Below are positions 20,664 through 30,879 of a stretch of DNA of 64,000 nucleotides, in pieces. The first letter of the stretch is position 1. The number at the start of each line of letters is the position of its first letter. Origin of the DNA: Meyerozyma guilliermondii. Taxonomy: Eukaryota. Below the pieces are notes generated by a model. It was not told where the DNA came from. It ran no database searches and saw nothing but the letters and a program-made list of their open reading frames with translations. The translations under genes and the position numbers were made by a program. The stretch lies in assembly GCA_051546255.1 (NCBI GenBank), contig CP128815.1:868001-932000 (forward strand). The letters run 5' to 3'.

Positions 20664-21086
20664 TATTATAGACATGACGTACAAATGGTGCTTGAGTTGA
20701 AAAATTCTGGTGTGTGCGAAAAATTACACGGCGCGTAAATCTGGGACGGGCCAATGTAGACACTATACGTATACAGCCAAGGTAACAAGAAGCAGTGGAG
20801 AAGTAAGCATGAGGAAATTTCAGATAATTCCTCTCGTTTGTTTCGTTTTCTTTACTCTTTATTTTGAACAACGTGTTTCCCTTGCAAATAAATTTTGTGA
20901 TATATAAATTAAACAGTGTAGTTTAACATTATACTAACAATGTATTTCTTCTTTCTCTACTTGACCTTATCTACCTTTCCTATATTTAAACCTTTTCTCT
21001 TCACTCTTCTCGCTGTTTGTTCTCGCAACGCTTAGCGCGCATTTGCAGCCGTTATATTTATCTCACACCTCACATCTGTATTTTCC

Positions 21087-21464
21087 ATGGTAGACCCTAC
21101 TGTACCGAGGACAATTGACAAAAGTATCTTCCAGCGCCTCTGCAATCAAAAGACCTTTGAACCCATTTTTGACCTGTATTGGCAAGTCACTGTGTTACCA
21201 GAGCTCGTGTCATGGCTTCAGAGTTTTGAAAATAAACAAGGGAATAAACTAAATGAAACAATAGAAGAAACTATTCAACAACTAAAAGACAAGTTTAGTA
21301 CTCTGCCTCCCTTCACCTTGTCACGAATTAGTGAAATTATCGTAAATCCGGAAAGAGAAGGGTACAAAGAAGATACTAACGAAAACATACACAAGATGAT
21401 TAACGCAATCGACAAGTTGGTGTCGGTGACATCTACGCTCTTTGATTACCCTCAACCACATTGA
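21087..21464 (+). CDS. Short PPP4R2/Psy4-like PP4 regulatory subunit
   Basis: FSTLPPFTLSRISEIIVNP..Y..KMINAIDKLVSVTS resembles the PPP4R2 core motif (PPFTIQRLCELL..P..Y..KF..A.EK.V.V.S). Confidence 0.6.
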   Translation: MVDPTVPRTIDKSIFQRLCNQKTFEPIFDLYWQVTVLPELVSWLQSFENKQGNKLNETIEETIQQLKDKFSTLPPFTLSRISEIIVNPEREGYKEDTNENIHKMINAIDKLVSVTSTLFDYPQPH

Positions 21465-21513
21465 CTTTCTTGTGATTCATTTGTGATTCAATTGTATTTA
21501 CATTTATTTGTAT

Positions 21514-22008
21514 TTACAGATACCACACGGATTTGACCAAGTCAAAGAGACCATTATTGGCGGTTTCAAGAACGTATATCCCGTAAAGTCCCACCGCCGT
21601 TCCAAGTGCCAACAACTTGGAAGCAAGTCCATGCCAAACGCCGTATACTCGTCTTGGGATGTAATCAATGATACAAGACTTGAAACCACTATGGCAGTGG
21701 AATAAGAGTCCACAACAAAACATGGTATCTATAATCGGATATTCAACGCCAGCAACAAAAGGAGTCAACGCCATCGGAACCATGGCAATGGCAATCGCCC
21801 GGTCGTATGTCCAGTGGTATCCTCCTTCATAGTGGTTTGGAGTGGGATGAACGTATGCATCGTTGACTGTTCCCACCACGAAACCAGGTGGCTGGGGAAT
21901 TTTTTTCAACTTGGAGAAGTTAGGCTTTAACGAGAGGCTTCGAGAAGCAGCCAAAGATCTGCTCAAACCAGGACCAGAGAGTCCAATACATCGCCAGCTG
22001 GATATCAT
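21514..22008 (-). CDS. SDH4: Succinate dehydrogenase small membrane anchor (CybS)
   Basis: QPPGFVVGTVND, GGYHWTYDR, HCHSGFKSCIIDY; the paralog Tim18 is not strictly excluded. Confidence 0.85.
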   Translation of the reverse strand: MISSWRCIGLSGPGLSRSLAASRSLSLKPNFSKLKKIPQPPGFVVGTVNDAYVHPTPNHYEGGYHWTYDRAIAIAMVPMALTPFVAGVEYPIIDTMFCCGLLFHCHSGFKSCIIDYIPRRVYGVWHGLASKLLALGTAVGLYGIYVLETANNGLFDLVKSVWYL

Positions 22009-22111
22009 CTACTTGTGGTTCTGAAATAATTTTCGCGAAATGTATGGAGAGGGCCCACAAAATTCTAAGCACAAAGGAATTATGGTCTATTACTATACAA
22101 TATATACATGA

Positions 22112-22508
22112 TTACCACGAGGCTTTCGACACTCCTGGTATTAAGCCGGCACGGGCCCGTTCTCTAAATGCGGTCTGATGTTAGTAGGGGGAAAATCAAA
22201 GCATGAAGAATTTCAATACTTACTCTGTTCAACTTAAAGTCGGTCAAAACTGACTTGGCATGGCCAGAAGCAACACATCTGTTCTTAACCTGGGTGTACG
22301 AGGTATATTTGGGCATAGACGTGAGTTGCAATTGGGCTTCAAGCCTAACTCTTGGAGGAAGTTCGGTGTTCCTGGCAATATATTTCAAGGCATTTCTGGT
22401 GACTTCGTGCTCGGCAAACTGAAGGCGCTTAAACTGGTCCTTTATCACACGAGCATTCAAATAACAGTGCTTTGGAAGCTCAAACTCCACCGGGAACCGA
22501 AATGGCAT
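22112..22508 (-). CDS. MRP2: Mitochondrial ribosomal protein uS14m; exons 22508-22224 and 22174-22112
   Basis: Splicing restores VKNRCVASGHAKSVLTDFKLNR|TAFRERARAGLIPGVSKASW*, the S14 C-terminus. Confidence 0.92.
22175..22223 (-). other. 49-nt spliceosomal intron in MRP2
   Basis: GTAAGT...TACTAAC-AT-CAG. Confidence 0.9.
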
Positions 22509-22772
22509 GTTGAACAGCCGTGAGATTGAAAAATTGAGTATTAGTGGTCCGGTGTATGGATGTGATTTCAACTAGAGAGGAAGCACTTACCGAGAGGAAG
22601 ACGAAAAGTAAACGATAAAAGATGTGCATTAGCTGGAGCTCTCAGCATAACACTAGAGGACTCAGTTTCCAGCCTTCCAAAACATTAAAATTCACTATTG
22701 GCTGGGCAGATCATATTGTTGTATGCAGTCCCCGGTATGATACCGAAGCTTAAATCGAGAACGGTAAAGATA

Positions 22773-23492
22773 ATGTTTACAGGTTTAGTGGAGCATATTG
22801 GTACCGTTTTACAAGTCACGGAGAAGGACACGACCGCCTCTGGTGGTGACGGGGTTTCAATGGTGATAGGTGATTGCCTGAAGATTTTGGAAGATGTACA
22901 ATTGGGAGATTCAATTTGCACGAATGGAGTATGTTTAACAGTTACGGAATTTGATATGGCTCGGTCTCAATTTAAAGTGGGAATATCCCCTGAAACCCTT
23001 CGTCGGTCTGACTTGGGCGAGTTAAAACCGGGATCAAAGGTGAATCTTGAGCGAGCAGTAAAGGCTGATGTACGCATGGGTGGCCATGTAGTACAAGGAC
23101 ATGTTGATACTATTGCAACAATTGTGAACCGTCGTGGTGATGGAAATGCTATTAACTTTACGTTCAAGCTCAGAGACAGCCAGTACGGAAAATACATAGT
23201 GGAAAAGGGATTTATTGCCATTGATGGTACCTCGCTTACGGTAACAGATGTTGATCATGAGCAGTCTGAGTTTTCCATTCTGATGGTGAGCTATACCCAG
23301 GAGAAAGTCATCATGCCATTGAAGAATAGTGGAGACTCTGTGAACATAGAAGTTGATCTAACTGGAAAGTTGATCGAGAAGCAAATCGAGCTTAGTCTTC
23401 TTAGTTATATTAAGGATGAGACTAGTCCCTTGTCTACGCTTATTGGCAAGCTCGTGGAGAAAAAAGTGGACGACGTATTGAAGAGAAATTAG
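22773..23492 (+). CDS. RIB5: Riboflavin synthase
   Basis: Invariant MFTGLVE start at 22773, GDSICTNGVCLTV, VNLERA, GGHVVQGHVD, KGFIAIDGTSLTV, VNIEVD. Confidence 0.96.
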   Translation: MFTGLVEHIGTVLQVTEKDTTASGGDGVSMVIGDCLKILEDVQLGDSICTNGVCLTVTEFDMARSQFKVGISPETLRRSDLGELKPGSKVNLERAVKADVRMGGHVVQGHVDTIATIVNRRGDGNAINFTFKLRDSQYGKYIVEKGFIAIDGTSLTVTDVDHEQSEFSILMVSYTQEKVIMPLKNSGDSVNIEVDLTGKLIEKQIELSLLSYIKDETSPLSTLIGKLVEKKVDDVLKRN

Positions 23493-23619
23493 ATTATGAA
23501 CGAACTTGAGTAATTAAAATGAATGTACCTTAATCGTACTTGGAAGTTTGTAAATCACGGATTATACCTATTTGTGTCCGCACTGTCAATCACCAGCTAA
23601 TTTATGAGTCTCGCACGAT

Positions 23620-23628
23620 AGTGGCAAA
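23620..23628 (+). promoter_or_regulatory. PACE-like (Rpn4) element upstream of PRE1
   Basis: AGTGGCAAA, one mismatch from GGTGGCAAA, ~230 bp upstream of a proteasome gene. Confidence 0.45.
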
Positions 23629-23852
23629 CTGCGTACAGTTGGTCGAGGTGGTTCAGTTTAAAGAGTAACGTCAATTCTACATTCAATCTTGAGTTACGAA
23701 TATTTCCATTGTGATTCTGCATTTCCGTCCATTAACCTGCATCTTGAAGTGCCTGGTGAATCAAGACTGAACAAATAAATTTCAATCTCATAGTTTGTAT
23801 CTTACTTGATTCGAACCTTCCAAGTTAATTCGTCAATAAGAACCCATTCGTG

Positions 23853-24437
23853 ATGGATATCGTATTGGGTATTAGAGTCGAGGACTGTACTTTGGTCGCT
23901 ACATCGAAAGCGGCAACCAGAGGTATTTCTGTTTTGAAAGACACCGATGATAAAACTCGTCAACTTAACAGTCATAATTTAATGGCGTATTCTGGAGAAG
24001 CAGGAGACACGGTTCAATTTGCCGAATACATTCAGGCCAATACTCAGTTGTACACCATGCGGGAAAATGACACAGAATTATCACCCAAGGCCACTGCCTC
24101 ATTTGTGAGAAATCAACTTGCAACTTCCATAAGATCCAGAAAGCCTTATCAGGTGAATGTGTTACTAGCAGGCTACGATACCAATACTGGAAAACCCAGC
24201 TTGAACTGGATTGACTACTTGGGAACCCAGGTGGAATTGCCATACGCAGCTCATGGTTATGCTGGTTTTTACTGTACATCTTTGTTGGATAAACATTATA
24301 AAAAGGGAATGAACTTTGAAGACGGTCTTGACTTGTTGAAGAAGTGTATCAAAGAATTGGAGACAAGAATGCCTATCGACTTTAAGGGCTGCTACATCAA
24401 AGTGGTCGATAAGGAAGGTATCAAGCTTGTGGAGTAA
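23853..24437 (+). CDS. PRE1: 20S proteasome beta-4 subunit
   Basis: MDIVLGIRV, GEAGDTVQFAEYIQAN, SIRSRKPYQVNVLLAGYD, LPYAAHGY. Confidence 0.96.
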   Translation: MDIVLGIRVEDCTLVATSKAATRGISVLKDTDDKTRQLNSHNLMAYSGEAGDTVQFAEYIQANTQLYTMRENDTELSPKATASFVRNQLATSIRSRKPYQVNVLLAGYDTNTGKPSLNWIDYLGTQVELPYAAHGYAGFYCTSLLDKHYKKGMNFEDGLDLLKKCIKELETRMPIDFKGCYIKVVDKEGIKLVE

Positions 24438-24590
24438 GATGTCAGTCTATAGAATAATACAGTATGATCTGAACGTAGTCAATAAGACAAAAGCTCAATT
24501 TATCCTATGATGTATTCTTTCTCGCATCACCGTCTTAATTTCCCCAGTTTATTCTCTTCCCATAAACGTCGCGCATCGCATCTCTTCTGC

Positions 24591-27500
24591 ATGAATAAGG
24601 TGGACCCCATAATAGAGAAGATCGCCACCTGTATCAACCGACATTTGAGTCTACAGGATGAAGACTATACGCTTTCCAAGTTCATACTGAACTTGTATAA
24701 AGAATCTGGAGCCTCTGATGTGTCTCGATTTTCAGAAACTCTCAAGAAAAATGGAGGCGAGTTTCCATCTCAATTTGTCGATGACATTTACAACATTTTA
24801 CTGAATCCTATAAAGAAAGAATCTCAACCTTATCCTGTCAAGTCAGAGCCCATTTATTCTGGCTTATCGCTTCCTAATGTGAAAATCGAACCCCAGGAAT
24901 CTCACATCAAGAAAGAGCCCAAAATCAAGAAAGAGTCCCAAATCAAAGATGAGATTCCCGGTAGTGAAGGCTATGAGCCGAAATTAGAAGTGGGGGAGAT
25001 TGTGACTGGAGCTGTGAGTAATATAGTTCCTTATGGAGCTTTTATTCGTTTGCAATCTGGTAAAAAGTCGGTGGTTGGGTTATGCCATGTTTCGCAGTTA
25101 ACGTTCACTGGAACCAAAATCCTGTCACCATCACAAGTTGTTAAAGTCGATCAGCAGGTGTTTGTGAAAATTACCAAAATAGAGACACAAGGGCGGCGTG
25201 AGAGGTTTAGCTTGTCTATGAGAGGTATAGATCAAGATACAGGGTTAGACAAGTCACAGGAACTTCAAGATTTGGCAGAAGAAGAACAAGTAGAAAGAGA
25301 GAAGAGAAAGTTGCAGCGTCAAGGAACGGCACAAAAAAGACGACGACTCACTTCTCCGGAGAGATGGGAAATTAGACAACTTATAGCTTCAGGAGCAGTT
25401 GATGCTAGTGAATACCCTGAACTCAATGATATTAACACCTCAAATGATCTTGACCATTCTGGCGGCGAAGAAGATAATGCTAATATGGACCAGGAAGTGG
25501 AAATTGACATTGAGCTTAACGATACTGAGCCTGGTTTTTTGAAGGGCCAGGTCAAAGAAGCGATCGAGTTGGCACCCATAAAGATTATCAAGAACCCAGA
25601 AGGATCCATGGAACGGTCTGCCAAAAATGGATCGAGTTTAGCCAAGGAGTTCAAAGAAGCTAAAATCAACGAAGAGCAGGCGAAGCAAAAAGAGAGTTAT
25701 TCACAAGATCCTCTTCGTAAAGTAAGAGACGAAGTTACGACCCTGGTGATATCAGAATGGAGAGAGAAAGAAAAGAAAACCAAAGTTTCATTTGGTAAAC
25801 GTACAAACTTGCCTATTAAAGAACAAAGAGAAACCTTGCCAGTTTTTTCTATGCGTGATGATATTGTGAAAGCTGTTCGAGAAAATCAGTTTCTTGTCAT
25901 TGTAGGTGAAACAGGTTCTGGTAAAACTACGCAGATAGTTCAATACCTTTATGAGGAAGGGTTTAACCAACAAGGTGACCAGACCAAATTGATTGGGTGC
26001 ACTCAGCCTAGGAGAGTGGCAGCAGAGTCTGTTGCCAAGAGAGTTAGCGAAGAAGTTGGATGTAAGATCGGAGAAACTGTGGGCTATACGATCCGTTTCG
26101 ATGACAAAACTGGACCTAATACCAGAATAAAGTATATGACCGATGGTATGCTTCAACGAGAAGCACTAAATGACAAGGAGATGAGCAAGTATTCCGTGAT
26201 AATGTTAGACGAAGCTCACGAAAGAACTATTGCAACTGATGTTTTGTTTGCTTTGTTGAAGCAGGCAGCGCTGAAAAACCCCAACCTCAAAATCATAGTA
26301 ACATCTGCTACCCTTGATTCGGAAAAGTTCTCGAATTACTTTTTCAATTGCCCTATTATGAAGATTCCAGGCAGAACATTTCCGGTGGAAATAATGTATA
26401 CTAAAGAACCTGAGGTTGATTACTTGGCTGCTGCGTTGGATTCGGTGGTTCAAATTCATGTTTCAGAAGGTCCAGGTGACATTTTGGTTTTCTTGACCGG
26501 TCAAGAAGAGATCGACATGAGTTGCGAAATCCTATACCAGCGAATGAAGGTGTTGAGAGAAGCTGCTGGTGAACTAATAATTTTACCTGTTTATTCAGCA
26601 CTTCCTTCAGAAATGCAAAGTCGTATATTCGAGCCAACACCAGCGGGAGCTCGTAAGGTGATCTTGGCCACTAATATCGCAGAGACATCGGTTACCATTG
26701 ATGGGATATACTATGTAATTGATCCTGGATATGTCAAGATCAATGCATTTGACTCAAAGTTGGGCATGGATACTTTGAAAGTTTCTCCCATTAGTCAAGC
26801 ACAAGCGAATCAAAGAAGTGGACGTGCTGGACGTACTGGACCTGGAAAGTGCTACAGGCTTTATACTGAAGCAGCATATCGTAATGAGATGCTTCCCAAC
26901 ACAGTTCCTGAAATACAAAGACAAAACCTTGCCTATACCATCCTAATGTTGAAGGCCATGGGCATAAACGACCTCGTCAACTTTGAGTTCATGGATCCCC
27001 CTCCAGCCAGTACTATGGTTACTGCACTCCAGGATTTGTACACACTTTCTGCCCTTGGCGACGACGGGTATTTGACGGGTTTGGGTCGTAAAATGGCAGA
27101 TTTTCCTATGGATCCTGGTCTTGCAAAGACGCTTATTGCCTCGGTTGAGTTTGGATGTTCGGAAGATATCTTGTCGATTGTGGCCATGCTTTCTGTGCAA
27201 TCGGTATTCTACAGGCCCAAAGACAAGGCGGTTGCAGCAGATCAGCGGAAGGCTCGATTCCACAGTCCATTTGGTGACCACTTGACGTTGCTCAACGTAT
27301 ACCGAGCATGGTCTATGAACGGGTCCAGCAAACAATGGTGTTCCAATAATTTCATTCACGAGAGAAGTATGAGACGAGCCCAGGAAGTGAGAAGACAACT
27401 TGTGACTATTATGCGGCGGTTTGGGCATGAAATCGTTACATGTGGAACCAAAGTTGACCGTATTAGGCGTGCCTTGTGCAGTGGATTTTTCAAGAATTGC

Positions 27501-27854
27501 GCCAAAAGGGACCCTCAGGAAGGTTTCAAAACTTTGGTGGAAGGAACCCCAGTGTCTTTGCACCCGTCTTCACTGTTGTTCAACAAAAATCCAGAATATG
27601 TCATTTATCACACTTTGCTTTTAACCACCAAAGAGTACATGCATTGTGTTACTGTGATAGACCCTCGTTGGCTTCCAGAGTTGGCGCCTGCTTTCTTCCG
27701 TGCCTCCAATCCAGCACAGCTCAGTGACAAGAAGAAGAGACAAAAAATTGTGCCGCTTTATGATCGGTTTTCCAAAGACCAAAATCTGTGGAGACTCAGT
27801 GCCCATGCCGAGACCAAGCGCAAGGCGCTTGAATTGTTGAATGATAATGCGTAA
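24591..27854 (+). CDS. PRP22: DEAH-box splicing helicase with S1 domain
   Basis: S1 domain, RLTSPERWEIRQLIASG, GETGSGKTTQ, DEAH, SAT, QRSGRAGR; likely start ATG 24591. Confidence 0.95.
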   Translation: MNKVDPIIEKIATCINRHLSLQDEDYTLSKFILNLYKESGASDVSRFSETLKKNGGEFPSQFVDDIYNILLNPIKKESQPYPVKSEPIYSGLSLPNVKIEPQESHIKKEPKIKKESQIKDEIPGSEGYEPKLEVGEIVTGAVSNIVPYGAFIRLQSGKKSVVGLCHVSQLTFTGTKILSPSQVVKVDQQVFVKITKIETQGRRERFSLSMRGIDQDTGLDKSQELQDLAEEEQVEREKRKLQRQGTAQKRRRLTSPERWEIRQLIASGAVDASEYPELNDINTSNDLDHSGGEEDNANMDQEVEIDIELNDTEPGFLKGQVKEAIELAPIKIIKNPEGSMERSAKNGSSLAKEFKEAKINEEQAKQKESYSQDPLRKVRDEVTTLVISEWREKEKKTKVSFGKRTNLPIKEQRETLPVFSMRDDIVKAVRENQFLVIVGETGSGKTTQIVQYLYEEGFNQQGDQTKLIGCTQPRRVAAESVAKRVSEEVGCKIGETVGYTIRFDDKTGPNTRIKYMTDGMLQREALNDKEMSKYSVIMLDEAHERTIATDVLFALLKQAALKNPNLKIIVTSATLDSEKFSNYFFNCPIMKIPGRTFPVEIMYTKEPEVDYLAAALDSVVQIHVSEGPGDILVFLTGQEEIDMSCEILYQRMKVLREAAGELIILPVYSALPSEMQSRIFEPTPAGARKVILATNIAETSVTIDGIYYVIDPGYVKINAFDSKLGMDTLKVSPISQAQANQRSGRAGRTGPGKCYRLYTEAAYRNEMLPNTVPEIQRQNLAYTILMLKAMGINDLVNFEFMDPPPASTMVTALQDLYTLSALGDDGYLTGLGRKMADFPMDPGLAKTLIASVEFGCSEDILSIVAMLSVQSVFYRPKDKAVAADQRKARFHSPFGDHLTLLNVYRAWSMNGSSKQWCSNNFIHERSMRRAQEVRRQLVTIMRRFGHEIVTCGTKVDRIRRALCSGFFKNCAKRDPQEGFKTLVEGTPVSLHPSSLLFNKNPEYVIYHTLLLTTKEYMHCVTVIDPRWLPELAPAFFRASNPAQLSDKKKRQKIVPLYDRFSKDQNLWRLSAHAETKRKALELLNDNA

Positions 27855-28053
27855 AGTGCAACCAATTAGAAATCGTACATCGTAATATACTGCATTTATA
27901 AGCCTCTTTCCTATTGAGCTACTTATTGTTCCTTCACTATTTGCAGCCGCTCGCTTAAACCGTGCAGGACTGTCTGGCATGCTGCATGTGACTCGCGAAA
28001 AATAAGTGGGGTCCTTTGCTTGACAAACGAATCGATTCTATTGACATATATTT

Positions 28054-30861
28054 ATGAAGGGTGCTCGATATGCCAGGGAGGCCATTCAGGATCGAGTCAA
28101 CTTATACAACAGCACCTCTTCTGTTTCCTCGGTGGGTTTAAGGCCTCTAAGGCGTCAGTTTGAAGGTCAAGAGTCCATCCCGCCAACTGAGGATGTCACA
28201 TCCGATTCGATATTGGAATGCCAGCCACTCGAAACTGATGGTGAAGGAGGGTTTGTAGATCCCCAGGGGCGCCGTCGGACGCTTCGTGGCATTAATTTGG
28301 ACGGAGCCATGAAATTACCCAACAATCCGGAAATCCATAGCTATGATGGAGATTGTCGAGATCCCAACAACATCTTCTTTGAGGGCGATAACGTGTCGTT
28401 TGTTGGCAGACCGTTCCCCCTAGATGAAGCGGAAGACCATTTTCGTCGTATCAAGTCTTGGGGTTACAATACCATAAGGTATCTCATCACCTGGGAGGCC
28501 ATTGAACATTCTGGTCCTGGAAAATACGACGATGATTTCATCGAGTATACTATAAAAATTCTTCGAATTATGGATTCTGTCGGTGGACTCTACGTCTTTT
28601 TTGAAACCCATCAGGACGTGTGGTCCAGATTTAGTGGTGGAAGCGGTGCACCCATGTGGACTCTATATGCTGCCGGATTGCAACCCACTCGATTCTATGC
28701 AACTGAAGCAGCCCTTTTGCATAATAACCCCCGATTTCACCACCCAGAAGAGCCAGACGACTACCCCAAGATGATTTGGACATCCAATTATAAGCGTTTG
28801 GCTTCTTTGGTCATGTTCACCTTGTTCTTTTCAGGAAGAAATTACTTTCCTCAACTTTGCATAAATGGCATGAATATCCAAGACTACTTGCAAAAACACT
28901 ACTTCGATACCATTTCCTACTTTTGGAGCAAACTTCATGATACACTTCCTGACATGTTTCGAAAAGGAACTATACTTGGCTTTGAGCTGATCAACGAACC
29001 TAATTGCGGATTGATGGGTCATGAACATCTTAAACACATTCCTGGAAAACAACAGCTTCGTGTGGGCACAACTCCTACCATTTACCAATCGTTCAAGTTG
29101 GGTATGGGCTTTGCATGCGAAGTCGATGTGTACAAGATCACCATAACTGGCCCACAGAAAGATGGGACAAAAGTGGTTGACCCAGAAGGTACAATTGCAT
29201 GGCTAACAAAAGAGGAAGCCGTAGAAATTGATAAAAAATATGGCTGGAAAAGGGATCCTCGTTGGAAGCTTGGTGAATGCATATTTGCTCTGGCAAAAAT
29301 CTGGAAATGGGACAAAAGTGTCAATGTTGATGAATTGAAGGATATGACTCCACAGGAACGTCTTGATTTATCACTTTACAACTGTGAGTTGCTATTGCCC
29401 AATTTCTTCAACCAGTATTCTGAAAAGCATCAGTTTAAAGTGAAAGAAGGATTCACACAAAAGGGAGTGGACATGGAATTTTTCACCAACCACAACTTTA
29501 TGGAGTTTTACATTCGGTTTAAAAAGATTGTTCGTGATATTGACCCAAACTGTTTTGTGTTTATTCAGCCGCCTGTTTTGGAAAAGCCTCCGACCATCAA
29601 GGACGATGAAAGAAACATCATCGATTCTAAAACCGTCTACTGTCCTCATTATTACGATGGTATGTCGCTAATGTTCAAGACTTGGAACACCAAGTTCAAT
29701 GTTGATACATTAGGGATCATGCGCGGCCGGTACTTCAACCCAGTTTTAGGAATTGTGTTCGGAGAACGAGCAATTCGAAACTGTATTAAAAAGCAGTTTT
29801 TAGAGATCAAGCAGGAATGCAAGGAATGCTTGGGTGATATTCCCGTCTTGATGTCAGAAACCGGTATGCCATTCGATATGGATGGAAAAAGGGCATACGA
29901 AGATGGCAGGTATTATTCTCAAACCGGAGCACTCGACGCATTGAGCTACGCCTTGGAAGGAACTGGAATCCACCACACATGGTGGTGTTATACCAGTGTC
30001 AATTGCCATAAATGGGGTGATAGATGGAACAATGAAGACTTCTCATTCTGGTCCCCGGAGGACAGGAACTTGGATTTTTCGTTGAATGAAGATACTATAT
30101 CTAGATCTGCTCTGAGGAGATCATCTGTCGGAAGGGTTACTACCCCAAAGAGAACACCAAGCGCTCGTGTCGCAGTCCCTACTTTGAAACTGACTGTGCA
30201 AGATTATACTTCATTGTTGAGAGCCAAATGTCAGCGATTGAATTTGGGAACATTTGACAAAATATATCCATCGTCTGCAAGTGAAACCGAAACTCTTGAC
30301 AAGACAGAATCTGATGATGCTGAGACCACCCAGGATTTTGATTTCAGCGATGCTCAGTCGGTAACCTCATCCAGTCTTATTTCACATAACTCTGAGAATG
30401 TTCATAAGAAACATATAAGGAGATGTTATCCCTCTCCAGATGGTGTCCGTGCTGTTAGTGCTGTAATTAGGCCGTTCGTTGTGGCACTGTCTGGTGTATT
30501 GAAGGTTGCAGAGTTTGACTTGAAGTCTTCTGCATTTGCCTTCACAGTAATTTTGGATCACAAATTGGTTGAAAAGAACATTCCTACAATTGTCTTTGTG
30601 CCAAAATGGCATTATCCGTTCTTGAATGTGGGTGATATATTTATGACAGCTGGGTATGTCAGATATAATGATACACTAGAGTATCTTGAGTGGTACCACA
30701 ATGACGACAACAAGTCCAAGAGTCCACTGCCACCTGAATCTTCAACAGGAAACGGTGTGCGCCAACATTCAATGGTCATTAAAAATAGCAGCGGAACACT
30801 TGAAGATATGACAGGCAGAGATCGAGGTTATTTCACCCAACCTCAATGCCCGGTGACGTAG
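28054..30861 (+). CDS. EGH1: GH5 endoglycoceramidase-related steryl-beta-glucosidase (YIR007W-type)
   Basis: VSFVGRPFPL, TWEAIEH, HQDVWSRFSGGSGAP, INEPN, SETGMP, GDRWNNEDFS; adjacent to PRI1 as in S. cerevisiae. Confidence 0.85.
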   Translation: MKGARYAREAIQDRVNLYNSTSSVSSVGLRPLRRQFEGQESIPPTEDVTSDSILECQPLETDGEGGFVDPQGRRRTLRGINLDGAMKLPNNPEIHSYDGDCRDPNNIFFEGDNVSFVGRPFPLDEAEDHFRRIKSWGYNTIRYLITWEAIEHSGPGKYDDDFIEYTIKILRIMDSVGGLYVFFETHQDVWSRFSGGSGAPMWTLYAAGLQPTRFYATEAALLHNNPRFHHPEEPDDYPKMIWTSNYKRLASLVMFTLFFSGRNYFPQLCINGMNIQDYLQKHYFDTISYFWSKLHDTLPDMFRKGTILGFELINEPNCGLMGHEHLKHIPGKQQLRVGTTPTIYQSFKLGMGFACEVDVYKITITGPQKDGTKVVDPEGTIAWLTKEEAVEIDKKYGWKRDPRWKLGECIFALAKIWKWDKSVNVDELKDMTPQERLDLSLYNCELLLPNFFNQYSEKHQFKVKEGFTQKGVDMEFFTNHNFMEFYIRFKKIVRDIDPNCFVFIQPPVLEKPPTIKDDERNIIDSKTVYCPHYYDGMSLMFKTWNTKFNVDTLGIMRGRYFNPVLGIVFGERAIRNCIKKQFLEIKQECKECLGDIPVLMSETGMPFDMDGKRAYEDGRYYSQTGALDALSYALEGTGIHHTWWCYTSVNCHKWGDRWNNEDFSFWSPEDRNLDFSLNEDTISRSALRRSSVGRVTTPKRTPSARVAVPTLKLTVQDYTSLLRAKCQRLNLGTFDKIYPSSASETETLDKTESDDAETTQDFDFSDAQSVTSSSLISHNSENVHKKHIRRCYPSPDGVRAVSAVIRPFVVALSGVLKVAEFDLKSSAFAFTVILDHKLVEKNIPTIVFVPKWHYPFLNVGDIFMTAGYVRYNDTLEYLEWYHNDDNKSKSPLPPESSTGNGVRQHSMVIKNSSGTLEDMTGRDRGYFTQPQCPVT

Positions 30862-30879
30862 ATTAGCCAGTACATATCT

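Noticed and set aside
22164..22571. ORF-track version of MRP2 ending VSIEILHALIFPLLTSDRI
   Set aside because: It reads through a 49-nt intron and uses a TTG start. The spliced form restores the conserved S14 end.
26943..27563. 206-aa antisense ORF inside PRP22
   Set aside because: Fully overlaps a conserved helicase on the opposite strand and has no recognisable protein features.
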